A stretch of 64,000 nucleotides of DNA from DHVE2 group archaeon (GTDB lineage Archaea > Thermoplasmatota > Thermoplasmata > Thermoplasmatales > Aciduliprofundaceae): the NCBI GenBank assembly GCA_027023265.1, contig JALVVV010000055.1:19907-83906 (forward strand), given 5' to 3'. Positions 9,584 to 19,247 of the stretch are shown here, in pieces. The notes under the pieces are model-generated. The model did no database searches. It saw only the letters and a list, made by a program, of their open reading frames with translations, and was not told the origin of the DNA. A program made the position numbers and the translations under genes. Each line of letters starts with the position of its first letter. Position 1 is the stretch's first letter.

Positions 9584-11992
9584 ATGATCATACGAGAGGT
9601 GGAGATGAAGAATATACGTAGTTACGAGCATGTAACAATTCGCTTTCCAGAAGGAACGGTGTTGTTTGAGGGAGATATAGGAAGCGGGAAAACCAGCATA
9701 TTGATGGCTATAGAGTTTGCACTTTTTGGTAATTCTACATCTGCCATGTATCAAAAGCTTCTCAGAAAGGGTGCGACATCAGGATATGTAAGGGTAGTTT
9801 TTGAAGAAGGTGGAGCTAAATACGAGATATTTCGCTCTCTTTCTAAAAAGGGCAGGGGTATTAAAAACGACGAGTCCTACGTGCTTGCCCCCGATGGCAA
9901 GAAGATACTTAGTGCAACGGAGATTCGTACATATTTCCTTGATTTGATGGGAATATCCGTTAGTGAAAAAAAGAGGCGCAGCCTTCCAATAGTCACCTAT
10001 GCGATATATACCCCGCAGGAGACCATGAAGGGCATCTTAGAAGGGGGAGATGAAGAACGTGTTGAGGTAATTCGCAAGATTTTCAAGCTTGACGAGTACC
10101 GCGTTGCCCGGGATAATGCAGGTGTTGTGATTGACCACCTCAAATACAGAACGGGCGCCCTCGAACAGTACAGAGAGAATATAGAAAGAATAGACGACGA
10201 GATATCTATTATCGAAGCGGATATAAAATCAAAAAACGAAGAAATAGAAAAATTGAAAAAGAATTTGGAGATTTTAAAAAGAGATGAGAAAGAACTTGCC
10301 AGGCTTGTTGAAGATATGGTTAGAAAGAGAAAAGCCTACGAGAATTTATCAAGAAAACTCGCGGCGTTGGATTCCAGCATAAACCATGTTCGTGATAGCT
10401 TAAACGCGCGCTCTCGTGAGATTAAAGAACTGGAAATGGAAAGAGATAAGTTGAGAACGTTGAGCCAGGATGCTGAGAAATACGAGCGCGTTAAAAAGGA
10501 AATTGAAACTCTTTTTTCTAAAGTGAAATATGCAGAAAAACTCAGGGGAAAGATTAACGTTATAAAAGCAAAAATAGAGAAAATAGAGGAGGATATTAAA
10601 AAACTGAAAAAAGCTGAAGAACAGGTTGAGAAACTGAAAGATGAGGAAAAGAACATACAGGATTCCCTGAACTCTCTTGTTTCCATAGATTCTAAAATTG
10701 AGGACATTGATGCTCGAATTCGCAGTCTCCAGTTTGCAGTTAGAAGCAACAAAGAAAAGATAGAGGCAAAGCGGGAGGAATTGGAAGAATTTTCAAAGTT
10801 AGGTGCAGTTTGCCCCACTTGTAAGAGGGAGTTGCCAGAAGAGCATAAGTTAAATCTGGTTAATCAAACTAAAGAAGAAATACAGAAATTAGAGAGGGTG
10901 CTTAACTCCGTGAGAAACAAGCTTGACGCATCTTTGAAAGAGCGAGAAGAGCTTAAAAAACTTGAGAAGAAGAGGAGGAATTTGGAACTCAGACTTACGA
11001 AGGTTAAAACTGAAATAGAAAATCTAAATTCTGCAATTTCTGAGGCCGGCCAAAAGAATGATGAGATGCAAAGGTTAAGGGAAGAAATGACGGACGTGGA
11101 GAAAGAGCTCACTGCTCTGGGAGATGTTGAAACGGTGTACAGGAAAAGGGAAGAGGAATTGAAAATACTCGAGAAAAAGTGGAGGGAATACCTTAGAGTG
11201 AAAGAGAGGTTTTCCCGTATAGTGAATCTTAAAAAGGAACTGGAGTTGCTGAAATCCGAGTTGGAAAAACTTGAAGAACGGAGAAAAGAGATTCACGATA
11301 ATATTTCTTCTCTGGGATACAGCGAGAAGGAATACGATGAGTTGAAGAAAAAACACGATGAGCTTCGCCTTGAATTAGTCACTTACCATGAGCGATTAAA
11401 ATCCTTCACGGAGGCAATTTCCGATTTAAAGGATAGAATGGAAGAAAAGAAAAGGTATCGCAGGGAGTTGCAGGAGAAGATATTGATGACGGAGAGACTT
11501 GAAGACATGAAGAACTGGCTTGAAGAAAAGTTCAGGGTGGCACTTGATAACATAGAAAAGATGAGGTTATCTGCCATTAACGAGGAGTTTAGAATGCTTT
11601 TTGAGATGTGGTTCAACCAGCTTTTGGAGGGTCGTAATTACACCGCCACCGTTGATGAGAATTTCAAGCCCGTGGTAAGATATGAACAGTACGATATGCC
11701 GCTGGATACTCTGAGTGGAGGAGAACGAACAGCGGTTGCTCTTGCATACAGGTTAGCATTAAACACGATGGTTAAACGAGCTCTCGGATTGAAGAGCAAT
11801 ATCCTTATTTTGGACGAGCCCACGGACGGATTCAGCAAAGACCAGCTTTACAGGTTGAAGGATATCTTTGACAAAATGGGGACTGATCAGATTATCATAG
11901 TGAGCCACGAAAAAGAGCTTAGAAACCTTGCAGATGTCATATTTCACGTGGAAAAAATTGGAGGCAAGTCTAAAATCACCGCGGTTAGTTGA
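9584..11992 (+). CDS. rad50: Rad50 ATPase
   Basis: NIRSY, GDIGSGKTS, coiled coil with CPTC zinc hook, LSGGE, ILDEPT, VSH. Confidence 0.95.
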   Translation: MIIREVEMKNIRSYEHVTIRFPEGTVLFEGDIGSGKTSILMAIEFALFGNSTSAMYQKLLRKGATSGYVRVVFEEGGAKYEIFRSLSKKGRGIKNDESYVLAPDGKKILSATEIRTYFLDLMGISVSEKKRRSLPIVTYAIYTPQETMKGILEGGDEERVEVIRKIFKLDEYRVARDNAGVVIDHLKYRTGALEQYRENIERIDDEISIIEADIKSKNEEIEKLKKNLEILKRDEKELARLVEDMVRKRKAYENLSRKLAALDSSINHVRDSLNARSREIKELEMERDKLRTLSQDAEKYERVKKEIETLFSKVKYAEKLRGKINVIKAKIEKIEEDIKKLKKAEEQVEKLKDEEKNIQDSLNSLVSIDSKIEDIDARIRSLQFAVRSNKEKIEAKREELEEFSKLGAVCPTCKRELPEEHKLNLVNQTKEEIQKLERVLNSVRNKLDASLKEREELKKLEKKRRNLELRLTKVKTEIENLNSAISEAGQKNDEMQRLREEMTDVEKELTALGDVETVYRKREEELKILEKKWREYLRVKERFSRIVNLKKELELLKSELEKLEERRKEIHDNISSLGYSEKEYDELKKKHDELRLELVTYHERLKSFTEAISDLKDRMEEKKRYRRELQEKILMTERLEDMKNWLEEKFRVALDNIEKMRLSAINEEFRMLFEMWFNQLLEGRNYTATVDENFKPVVRYEQYDMPLDTLSGGERTAVALAYRLALNTMVKRALGLKSNILILDEPTDGFSKDQLYRLKDIFDKMGTDQIIIVSHEKELRNLADVIFHVEKIGGKSKITAVS

Positions 11993-12096
11993 AGATATTT
12001 GCGCTCGTTTGCAACTGAATGTCATAAGTGGATTTCAAAATGCAGTTTTACCGTCATGTTAGAAAGGTATATATTTGCGACACTCATGCCCTAACT

Positions 12097-13410
12097 ATGA
12101 TATCGCCAAAGGAAGTTCATAAGGTTTTAGGGGAACGCATTTTGACTGATGGCTTGGATATGGTTCTGGATATTGACAAGAGCCATGGTATGTGGCTTTA
12201 CGATGCTAGGCATAGCAAGTACTATCTTGACTTCTTTGGATTCTTTGCAACGAGCGCTCTGGGAATGAATCATCCAGGAATGTTCGACCCGGAGTTCTTG
12301 AAGAAATTGCAGAGAACTGCAATAAATAAAATAACAAACAGTGACATCTATACCGTGGAGTATGCGGAGTTCGTGGACACACTCTCAAAGTATGCTACAC
12401 CCTCGTATTTCCGCTATTTCTTCTTTGTATCCGGTGGGGCTTTGGCCGTGGAAAACGCACTTAAAACCGCTTTTGACTGGAAAGTGCGCAAGAACATAGC
12501 TGCTGGAAAAGGAGAGAAGGGTTACAAGGTAATACATCTCAAGGAAGCGTTCCACGGTAGAAGCGGGTACACCATAGCTCTCACAAACACCTTTGATCCA
12601 AACAAGACAAAGTATTTCCCCAAGTTTGACTGGCCTCGCGTTACAAATCCGAAAATCACGTTTCCTCTCGAAGGAGAGAACCTGGAGAAAGTTAAAGAGA
12701 TGGAGAAGAAAAGCCTTGAGGAAATACAGGAGGCTATAGACAAGTATCAGGACGACATCGCCGCGTTCATAATAGAACCAATACAGGGTGAGGGCGGCGA
12801 CAATCATTTCCGCAAGGAGTACTTCAAGGCAGTTGAGGAGATTACCAAGAAGAATGATATAATGTTCATCGTTGACGAAGTGCAGACCGGTGTTGGTTCT
12901 ACAGGCAAATGGTGGGCCCACGAGCATTTTGACGTGCAGCCGGACATAATGTCATTCGGCAAGAAGATGAAGGTCTGCGGCATAATGGTGGGAGCCAAGG
13001 TTGACGAAGTCGAGGACAATGTGTTCCACGTATCCAGCAGAATCAACTCCACTTGGGGTGGGAACATAGTGGATATGGTTAAGGCACAGAGAATTATTGA
13101 AATAATACACGAAGACAAGCTCGTGGATAACGCCGCGAAAATGGGCGAAGTGATGATGAAGATTCTTCACGAGTTAGAGGAGAAATTCCCAGAGAAAGTA
13201 AGCAACGTGCGTGGCCGTGGAATATTTGATGCGTTTGATCTTGCCACTACAGAGATGAGGGACAAGTTCTTCTCCGAGGCGTACCGCAATGGATTGCTTA
13301 CCCTGAAGAGCGGAGCTCGTGGCATTCGATTCAGGCCTCCTTTGATAATAACAGAAGACGAGATAAACCTCGCCCACGATATAATGGAGAGAACTATCCG
13401 TGAGCTGTAA
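12097..13410 (+). CDS. lat: L-lysine 6-aminotransferase-like class III aminotransferase
   Basis: GGALAVENALKTAFDWK, FHGRSGYT, EPIQGEGGDNHF, DEVQTG, FGKK, SRINSTWGG. Confidence 0.88.
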   Translation: MISPKEVHKVLGERILTDGLDMVLDIDKSHGMWLYDARHSKYYLDFFGFFATSALGMNHPGMFDPEFLKKLQRTAINKITNSDIYTVEYAEFVDTLSKYATPSYFRYFFFVSGGALAVENALKTAFDWKVRKNIAAGKGEKGYKVIHLKEAFHGRSGYTIALTNTFDPNKTKYFPKFDWPRVTNPKITFPLEGENLEKVKEMEKKSLEEIQEAIDKYQDDIAAFIIEPIQGEGGDNHFRKEYFKAVEEITKKNDIMFIVDEVQTGVGSTGKWWAHEHFDVQPDIMSFGKKMKVCGIMVGAKVDEVEDNVFHVSSRINSTWGGNIVDMVKAQRIIEIIHEDKLVDNAAKMGEVMMKILHELEEKFPEKVSNVRGRGIFDAFDLATTEMRDKFFSEAYRNGLLTLKSGARGIRFRPPLIITEDEINLAHDIMERTIREL

Positions 13411-13427
13411 ATTTTTCTATTTTTTAT

Positions 13428-14648
13428 TTACCTGTTTTTCATCTCTTGCGCCCAGCGAAGGTAGAAGTCAATGTTGCCTATGATATTTTTCAACACGTGC
13501 ATCTCCCAGTTCGGATGTATTATTGCCCGTTCCTCCATAAATTTTGGTTTTGCTTTTGCAACAGGAGAATTAATTTTTTCATTGCTTTTAATGATTTTCT
13601 CAGGAACGTACAATCCAAGTGTCCAGTAGCTGTCCTCGCTCAGATATAAATCTCCGATTCCAAAAAACATTTGCGGTGCAGCAAATTTTATGAGATCTTC
13701 GTTTTCCATGTTGATTGCTCCAGTACCCATGTCAGCCACAACTGTGTTCTCCACATTGAACTCCTCTATGGATTTTAAAACTATCTCAGCAAACAAAAAG
13801 CTTTCTTCATCTACGCCAGAGACATGTTTTGACAGTCCTGTTTGCATATATGCTCTTATTACCTCTCTCTTAGTGTCTTTTATATACCTTTTGAGAAGAT
13901 TTTCACCAGTGTATTTTGATAAAATGGACCACATTTCCACGGACGAGTTCCACCACCTCTCTTCAAGATTCATTCCAAACATAATTTTTAAAGTCTGAGC
14001 GATACTTCTCCATGGCTCTGAATTGAACGAGTATATTTGCCAATCCTCTGAAATATTTTTCCAGCTGGTAATTCTATTCCAGTTAAGGAACTCTGGAAGA
14101 TTGGATATATCGTACATAGTTTCCGCGTATTTTTTTGGAATGCCGGCAAGGGATATTACAAAAAACACCTTTCTGTTCGTCTCCGGATATAATTTTACAA
14201 TTCTTTTTAACAGAGATTCTGCAATATTAATTAATTTCTCTTCGCTTGGATAGTCTTCCAGGTGGGCATTGGAATTGAATCCCGCTGAGGTTAGAATTTT
14301 GTGAATTTCCCTCATCACATTATAAAATGAATTGCAATTATAATCTCCAAGAGTTTCGTTTACAATCCTTGCCTGTTCTTGAGGTCCATTGTCGTCAACT
14401 TCTATTATTGCCGTTCCGTATAAGTCTCGCATGAATTCTTGCCATGCTTTCTCTGTTCTTATGTTAAAAAACGCATCAGTTTTTGCGCTGCCGTAAGTGA
14501 TATCCACACCGTTCAGTGATCTAAGGTATGCCATACTTTCTATATAGAGTGTTAACGCATCGTAAAGCTTCCCCATCTGATTCTTTAATTCCAACCATTC
14601 GCTTTCCTCGTTCCAATCAAATCCCATTATGCTCTTATTTATTTCCAT
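13428..14648 (-). CDS. Hypothetical protein (406 aa)
   Basis: Long ORF with GAGGTGA SD; no motif recognised. Confidence 0.8.
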   Translation of the reverse strand: MEINKSIMGFDWNEESEWLELKNQMGKLYDALTLYIESMAYLRSLNGVDITYGSAKTDAFFNIRTEKAWQEFMRDLYGTAIIEVDDNGPQEQARIVNETLGDYNCNSFYNVMREIHKILTSAGFNSNAHLEDYPSEEKLINIAESLLKRIVKLYPETNRKVFFVISLAGIPKKYAETMYDISNLPEFLNWNRITSWKNISEDWQIYSFNSEPWRSIAQTLKIMFGMNLEERWWNSSVEMWSILSKYTGENLLKRYIKDTKREVIRAYMQTGLSKHVSGVDEESFLFAEIVLKSIEEFNVENTVVADMGTGAINMENEDLIKFAAPQMFFGIGDLYLSEDSYWTLGLYVPEKIIKSNEKINSPVAKAKPKFMEERAIIHPNWEMHVLKNIIGNIDFYLRWAQEMKNR

Positions 14649-14892
14649 GTTTTCACCTCACAAATTGTTCTATACCATTATGGCATATACTTAAATGTTT
14701 TTTCGAAGGTTCTATAACTGGTATTTTAGTGGATTTGAGTGTGCGTTTTTCTGGCGTTTTTCCTGCCAAAGCTTTAATAGAATTGCATGGCAAAACATAC
14801 ATGCTGAAAAATCCCAAACTTTAAAAACTAAATGATTAGTGACGGGATGAGCATTTTAAATGCGATGCTGACTATTCACAAGCATAGCGCAG

Positions 14893-14977
14893 TGCGGGGG
14901 GCCGGATTCGAACCGGCGAACCCCTACGGGAACAGATCTTGAGTCTGTCGCCTTTGACCTAGCTCGGCAACCCCCGC
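14893..14977 (-). tRNA. tRNA-Leu (CAA)
   Basis: Reverse complement gives GCGGGGG..ACAGA-CTCAAGA-TCTGT, long variable arm, GGTTCGAATCC..CCCCCGC-A. Confidence 0.97.
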
Positions 14978-15040
14978 TCACGATGGGAATTATTCGGGAA
15001 TATAAAATCTTTTTCTCTATAAGGGACATTCAATTATGGT

Positions 15041-15871
15041 TCAACAGTAAATTGGTTCAAATTTTTCGTTTCTCACCAGAGTATATTTTAACTTGCCGCC
15101 CTTCCATGATATTCTATACTCGCTAATGCTTGGGTTGAACTCCTCTATTTTCATTACCACGTGCCTCGGCGTGTGCTCTCCTATTATGTTCATTGCCACA
15201 TCTACGGGAATCCAATTACCTGATGGTAGATATACCTCGCTCCACGCGTGTGGTTCTTCCACTTTATTTACGTAAAATCCGGTGACTCTTCTTGCTGGGA
15301 GCCCTCTTATTCTTGCGAGGGTGATGAACAAATCTGTGAATTCATCGCAATCTCCCCTTCCCAGCCGGTATGCCTTCTCTGCTCCAAGTCTCTCGTTTTG
15401 TGGTTCTGCATTTTTTATTTTTGACCACAGAAACTCTCCTGCTTTTTTAACCCACATTTCTATGTGATTCTCTTTGAACCATGGCTCATGGGATACGGAT
15501 TTTATAGCTTCTGAATATACCGGCCAGTATTTCTCGTTAGTTTGATATTTTTTTGATAAAGTTTTGGGTATTTCGCTCATGTATCCCCATGATTTTTGCT
15601 CCACCATTTTGAATGCATAGGGATATATGCGGTACTTCCTGTAAATTTCAAGTATCCCTCTTTTATTTATCAGGCCAGAGTGCACCAAAAACCTGTTTTC
15701 TCCTTTTTTAATCGTTCTGAAAGATTCTGGTTTTTCTTCAATTATCACTTTCTGATAGTGCTCTGCATAGCTCTGTACCTTTACAGTGATTCTCACGTTT
15801 CCCGTGGATTCATATCTCAGATTATCCAGATGCTCAATACTCCACCCACAAAGATATCTCACATTCTTCAA
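15041..15871 (-). CDS. Transglutaminase-like domain protein
   Basis: GDCDEFTDLF..RIRGLPAR.VTG..HAWSEV..W.PVD (Cys-His-Asp triad). Confidence 0.88.
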   Translation of the reverse strand: MKNVRYLCGWSIEHLDNLRYESTGNVRITVKVQSYAEHYQKVIIEEKPESFRTIKKGENRFLVHSGLINKRGILEIYRKYRIYPYAFKMVEQKSWGYMSEIPKTLSKKYQTNEKYWPVYSEAIKSVSHEPWFKENHIEMWVKKAGEFLWSKIKNAEPQNERLGAEKAYRLGRGDCDEFTDLFITLARIRGLPARRVTGFYVNKVEEPHAWSEVYLPSGNWIPVDVAMNIIGEHTPRHVVMKIEEFNPSISEYRISWKGGKLKYTLVRNEKFEPIYC

Positions 15872-15891
15872 AAAGAGAGGTTTAATTTAAA

Positions 15892-16911
15892 CTATTCCCT
15901 TTTTGCTTCTATGCTGTAATCCCAGAACAGGGGCCCATACTTTACGATTTTCGCCCATCTCTCTCTGCATTTGCAGTTCAGGTTAGCAAGGTAAGAAATG
16001 TCCTGGTGCAGCGAGAAATCATATATGGCTTTCACTACAAGCTCGTCACACTTGCCGCAGTTATGTGCTCCTCTTTTTGTCCCTCCAGCAGTTGGGTACG
16101 ACACTATCTCTCCAAGCTCGTGCGTTCTTTTTAGAACCTCCACGATGCTCCACAGCCACGGGGGGCTGTACTCCCCGCGTTGCCACAGGTACTCTACCAG
16201 TGTATTTCTCTGTATGTTCATTGGATTTAGCGAAACCACTTCAGAGTATCGTGTAGCCAGCTTTATTGTCATAATTGCCTCTTCTATTGCCTCCCTTTCG
16301 GTCATAAAAGGTGGTTTTAGCAAGGCGTAGCTCTTTACAGGAATTTTTGCGTCGTTTAGCAGTTTAGCGGCGTTTACGTAATGTCTCACCAGAAATCCCT
16401 TGTTTATGCGAAATAAAAGTGTTTCATCGTTGGCGCTTTCTAAGCCAAGAGCGATCATGACTTTCTCCTTTGATTTGAGCCACTCTATTTTCTTCTTTAC
16501 AAATTCTGGTCTGGTCTCTACAATTATTCTCTCCGCAGATGAAAATGAATCTATAATTTCATTTTGAATTTCAGTGGGGACCTCATCATCGTCCAAAAAG
16601 CTTCCCGAGGTGTATATCTTCACTAATTTCTCTCCGCGGTACTTTTCAAGTGCGTCCTCTATCTGCTGTTTCAAATCTTCTTTTTTTATTGCTGAGCTTG
16701 TATCGTTGTAGTACCCGCACATGGAACATCCCGATACTTTTGCCCACCTGCACCCTGTAGTTCTCAAAATAACAACAAAAGAATCTATAATCTCTCCATT
16801 GAGCCGGTCCTTCTCCCTCCACGCGCCTATCAATCCTTTTTTTTCGGGCCTTCTATTTTGCCTTCTCAGCTCCCTTATCTTTCTTACTATTTCCACGTGT
16901 TCCTCATGCAT
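15892..16911 (-). CDS. Radical SAM protein, archaeosine biosynthesis RaSEA-like
   Basis: ILRTTGCRW..GCSMCGY, KIYTSGSFLD, ETRP, LLKPPFMTE, PPWLWS, RGAHNCG.CD. Confidence 0.88.
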   Translation of the reverse strand: MHEEHVEIVRKIRELRRQNRRPEKKGLIGAWREKDRLNGEIIDSFVVILRTTGCRWAKVSGCSMCGYYNDTSSAIKKEDLKQQIEDALEKYRGEKLVKIYTSGSFLDDDEVPTEIQNEIIDSFSSAERIIVETRPEFVKKKIEWLKSKEKVMIALGLESANDETLLFRINKGFLVRHYVNAAKLLNDAKIPVKSYALLKPPFMTEREAIEEAIMTIKLATRYSEVVSLNPMNIQRNTLVEYLWQRGEYSPPWLWSIVEVLKRTHELGEIVSYPTAGGTKRGAHNCGKCDELVVKAIYDFSLHQDISYLANLNCKCRERWAKIVKYGPLFWDYSIEAKRE

Positions 16912-18670
16912 AGTAGTACTCTCCTTTGCTTTTCTGCTCCCGGTCGTTGTAGCTATCCGGCTTGTTAATCCTTGGGCGATTAGTGTCCCCGTCCCTTCTG
17001 AATGTTATATTTACATTTTTCAAGAACATATTCATTCCCTCACGCATGGAAAATGGTCCCTTTGCGATACCATGCTTTCCGGGCTCCCCGCTGAATACCA
17101 TTATGCTATCTGCAATTATGTCTATAAAATACACATCGTGATCAACAATCATTGCACTTCTTCCGAGGTTCTCCATGTACCTGCGTATCACTTTGGCTGC
17201 AACCATTCTCTCGTTAGAATCTAAATAAGCGGAGGGCTCGTCCAGCAGGTACAAATCTGCGTCCAGACCCAGAGATATTGCAATGGCCAGTCTCTGCATT
17301 TCTCCACCGGATAGATTTTTCACCTCTTTGTTGTAGAGGTATTTCAAGCGGAGGGGATGCAGCACCTCAGCCCTGTAAAAATTGTTGAGCATCTTGTCTT
17401 TTAAAGTGATGTTTAAAAGCTCCTCCACCGTGCCATCGTAGTCAGTCTTTATGTACTGGGGTTTGTAACTTACTTTTATCTCAGAATTTACTTCTCCGGA
17501 GTCTGCCTTTATCGCTCCTGCTAATATTTTCACAAAAGTCGTCTTGCCTGTGGCGTTTGAGCCCACTACACCCACAACCTCACCTGTTCGTATCTCGCCA
17601 GGATAAACATCAAGCTGGAAATTAGTGTATTTTTTAGATATGGCACCCCAGGATATCAGCACTGGCAACTCACTCTTCCTTTTTGGCGGGTGCATTATGA
17701 ACTCTATTTTCCAGTCCCTGAACCTTATATTCTCGTCCCTTAAATACCCTTCCAGATATGCGTTTATAGCATTTCTCGTGTTTCTAACGTTTGCCACAAT
17801 TCCGTACGCGCCCTCACTTCCGTACATGATGTGAATTGCGTCGGCTATGAAATCCATTATGGCAAGGTCATGCTCTACCACGAAAACTATCTTTTGTGAT
17901 GCGAGGCTTTTTATAACCTTTGCCACGTTGAGTCTTTGGTAGATGTCCAGATAACTTGAAGGCTCGTCAAAGAAATAAACATCGCCGTCTTTTAGCAGCG
18001 CTGCCGCGATTGCCACAGTTTGCAGTTCCCCTCCACTTATTTTTCCCACGTCCCTGTCTAACGCGTTTTCAATTTCCAGCATGGCCGCTATCTCATCTAA
18101 CTGTCCCTGCTTATCGGCGGATTTTAGCAACTCTCTAACCTTGCCCTTGAAAACCATGGGTATCTTATCCACGTATTGCGGTTTTACCACGGTACTGAAC
18201 TCTCCATCTCTCAATTTAGCGAAGTAATCTGACATTTCCGTGCCAGAGAAAAAATCCACGACCCTGTCCCATGAGGGTGTTTCGTTGTAATTGCCAAGGT
18301 TTGGTATTAAGTTGCCTGATAAAATCTTGATTGCTGTGGATTTTCCTATTCCGTTAGGGCCGAGTATGCCAACCACCTTGTCCTTTTGAATCCTTGGAAG
18401 CCGGTATATCCTGAACCCGTTTTCTCCGTACTGGTGTATTAGATTCTCGTTGAGCTCTTCGGGTAAACCTATTATTTTCACCGCCTCAAATGGACATTTG
18501 TGAACGCAAATACCGCAGCCTTCGCAGAGCTCTTCTATTATTTTGGGATATCCTTTTTCCGTGATGACTACTGTGTCTATTCCCATCCTAACTGGCGGAC
18601 AATATGTCCTGCACTCATAGTTGCACTTTTTAAACTGGCATCTGTCATGGATAACAACAGCTATGTGCAT
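16904..18670 (-). CDS. Ribosome recycling ATPase ABCE1/RLI
   Basis: N-terminal 2x[4Fe-4S] cysteines, two ABC domains, FRRD..RPRINK..GEYYY tail. Confidence 0.97.
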   Translation of the reverse strand: MHIAVVIHDRCQFKKCNYECRTYCPPVRMGIDTVVITEKGYPKIIEELCEGCGICVHKCPFEAVKIIGLPEELNENLIHQYGENGFRIYRLPRIQKDKVVGILGPNGIGKSTAIKILSGNLIPNLGNYNETPSWDRVVDFFSGTEMSDYFAKLRDGEFSTVVKPQYVDKIPMVFKGKVRELLKSADKQGQLDEIAAMLEIENALDRDVGKISGGELQTVAIAAALLKDGDVYFFDEPSSYLDIYQRLNVAKVIKSLASQKIVFVVEHDLAIMDFIADAIHIMYGSEGAYGIVANVRNTRNAINAYLEGYLRDENIRFRDWKIEFIMHPPKRKSELPVLISWGAISKKYTNFQLDVYPGEIRTGEVVGVVGSNATGKTTFVKILAGAIKADSGEVNSEIKVSYKPQYIKTDYDGTVEELLNITLKDKMLNNFYRAEVLHPLRLKYLYNKEVKNLSGGEMQRLAIAISLGLDADLYLLDEPSAYLDSNERMVAAKVIRRYMENLGRSAMIVDHDVYFIDIIADSIMVFSGEPGKHGIAKGPFSMREGMNMFLKNVNITFRRDGDTNRPRINKPDSYNDREQKSKGEYYYA

Positions 18671-18679
18671 AAAAACACC

Positions 18680-19087
18680 TCAGTTTCTGGCCCATATTTC
18701 ATCGGGGAGCTCTCCGTAGATGTCTTCAATGTCCTCTTCCACAACTACCTCCTGTGGTTTGCTTTCCGACAGCTGCACAATTTTTTCCTTGTTGAGAATC
18801 CAGTAATGAATTCTCCATTCTCTGCCGTCCCACAGCGTGGTTTCTTCTCTCTCCGTTTCCAATAAATCCAGGTCTTCCAGCATATAGAATGTATCTCGAT
18901 CCTCGGGCTCAAGCATGTTGTCGATTATCCTGTCTCCAAATCCGAAAAAGTTAAGCACGTGAATTGCAGTCATTTTAGCCTCTTCTAAACTGAGCCTTCT
19001 CTTTGGTCTGCTAAGACCATTTTGAATTGCCTTGGCAAGCGTGTCTATCGTAATTATCCTATTTTCATATATCTCTTCCACAATCAT
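18680..19087 (-). CDS. Conserved hypothetical protein (DUF6015-like, probable winged helix)
   Basis: LNFFGF..IIDN.LE.EDRD.FYMLED..WRIHYW; first gene of the run containing ABCE1. Confidence 0.75.
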   Translation of the reverse strand: MIVEEIYENRIITIDTLAKAIQNGLSRPKRRLSLEEAKMTAIHVLNFFGFGDRIIDNMLEPEDRDTFYMLEDLDLLETEREETTLWDGREWRIHYWILNKEKIVQLSESKPQEVVVEEDIEDIYGELPDEIWARN

Positions 19088-19247
19088 TCACTCCCGGCTA
19101 ATTGTGATATTACGGAAAGGGTATATATAAACGTTTCGTAGATGCGATGGGTAATCGCTCCGTATTAAAAAAATTTTCTTCTGGATTGGTAAGCGGTGCG
19201 TTAAAAAGCCGCTGGATTGTAGTAAATATGAAAAATTGCGTTGGGAA

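Noticed and set aside
10200..11500. Many antisense S/F/L-rich ORFs here and across the window
   Set aside because: Shadows of purine-rich coding strands (e.g. the Rad50 coiled coil)
14830..14880. C/D-box-like words (GATGA..CTGA) around a small hairpin
   Set aside because: No canonical RTGATGA box or recognisable guides; too weak
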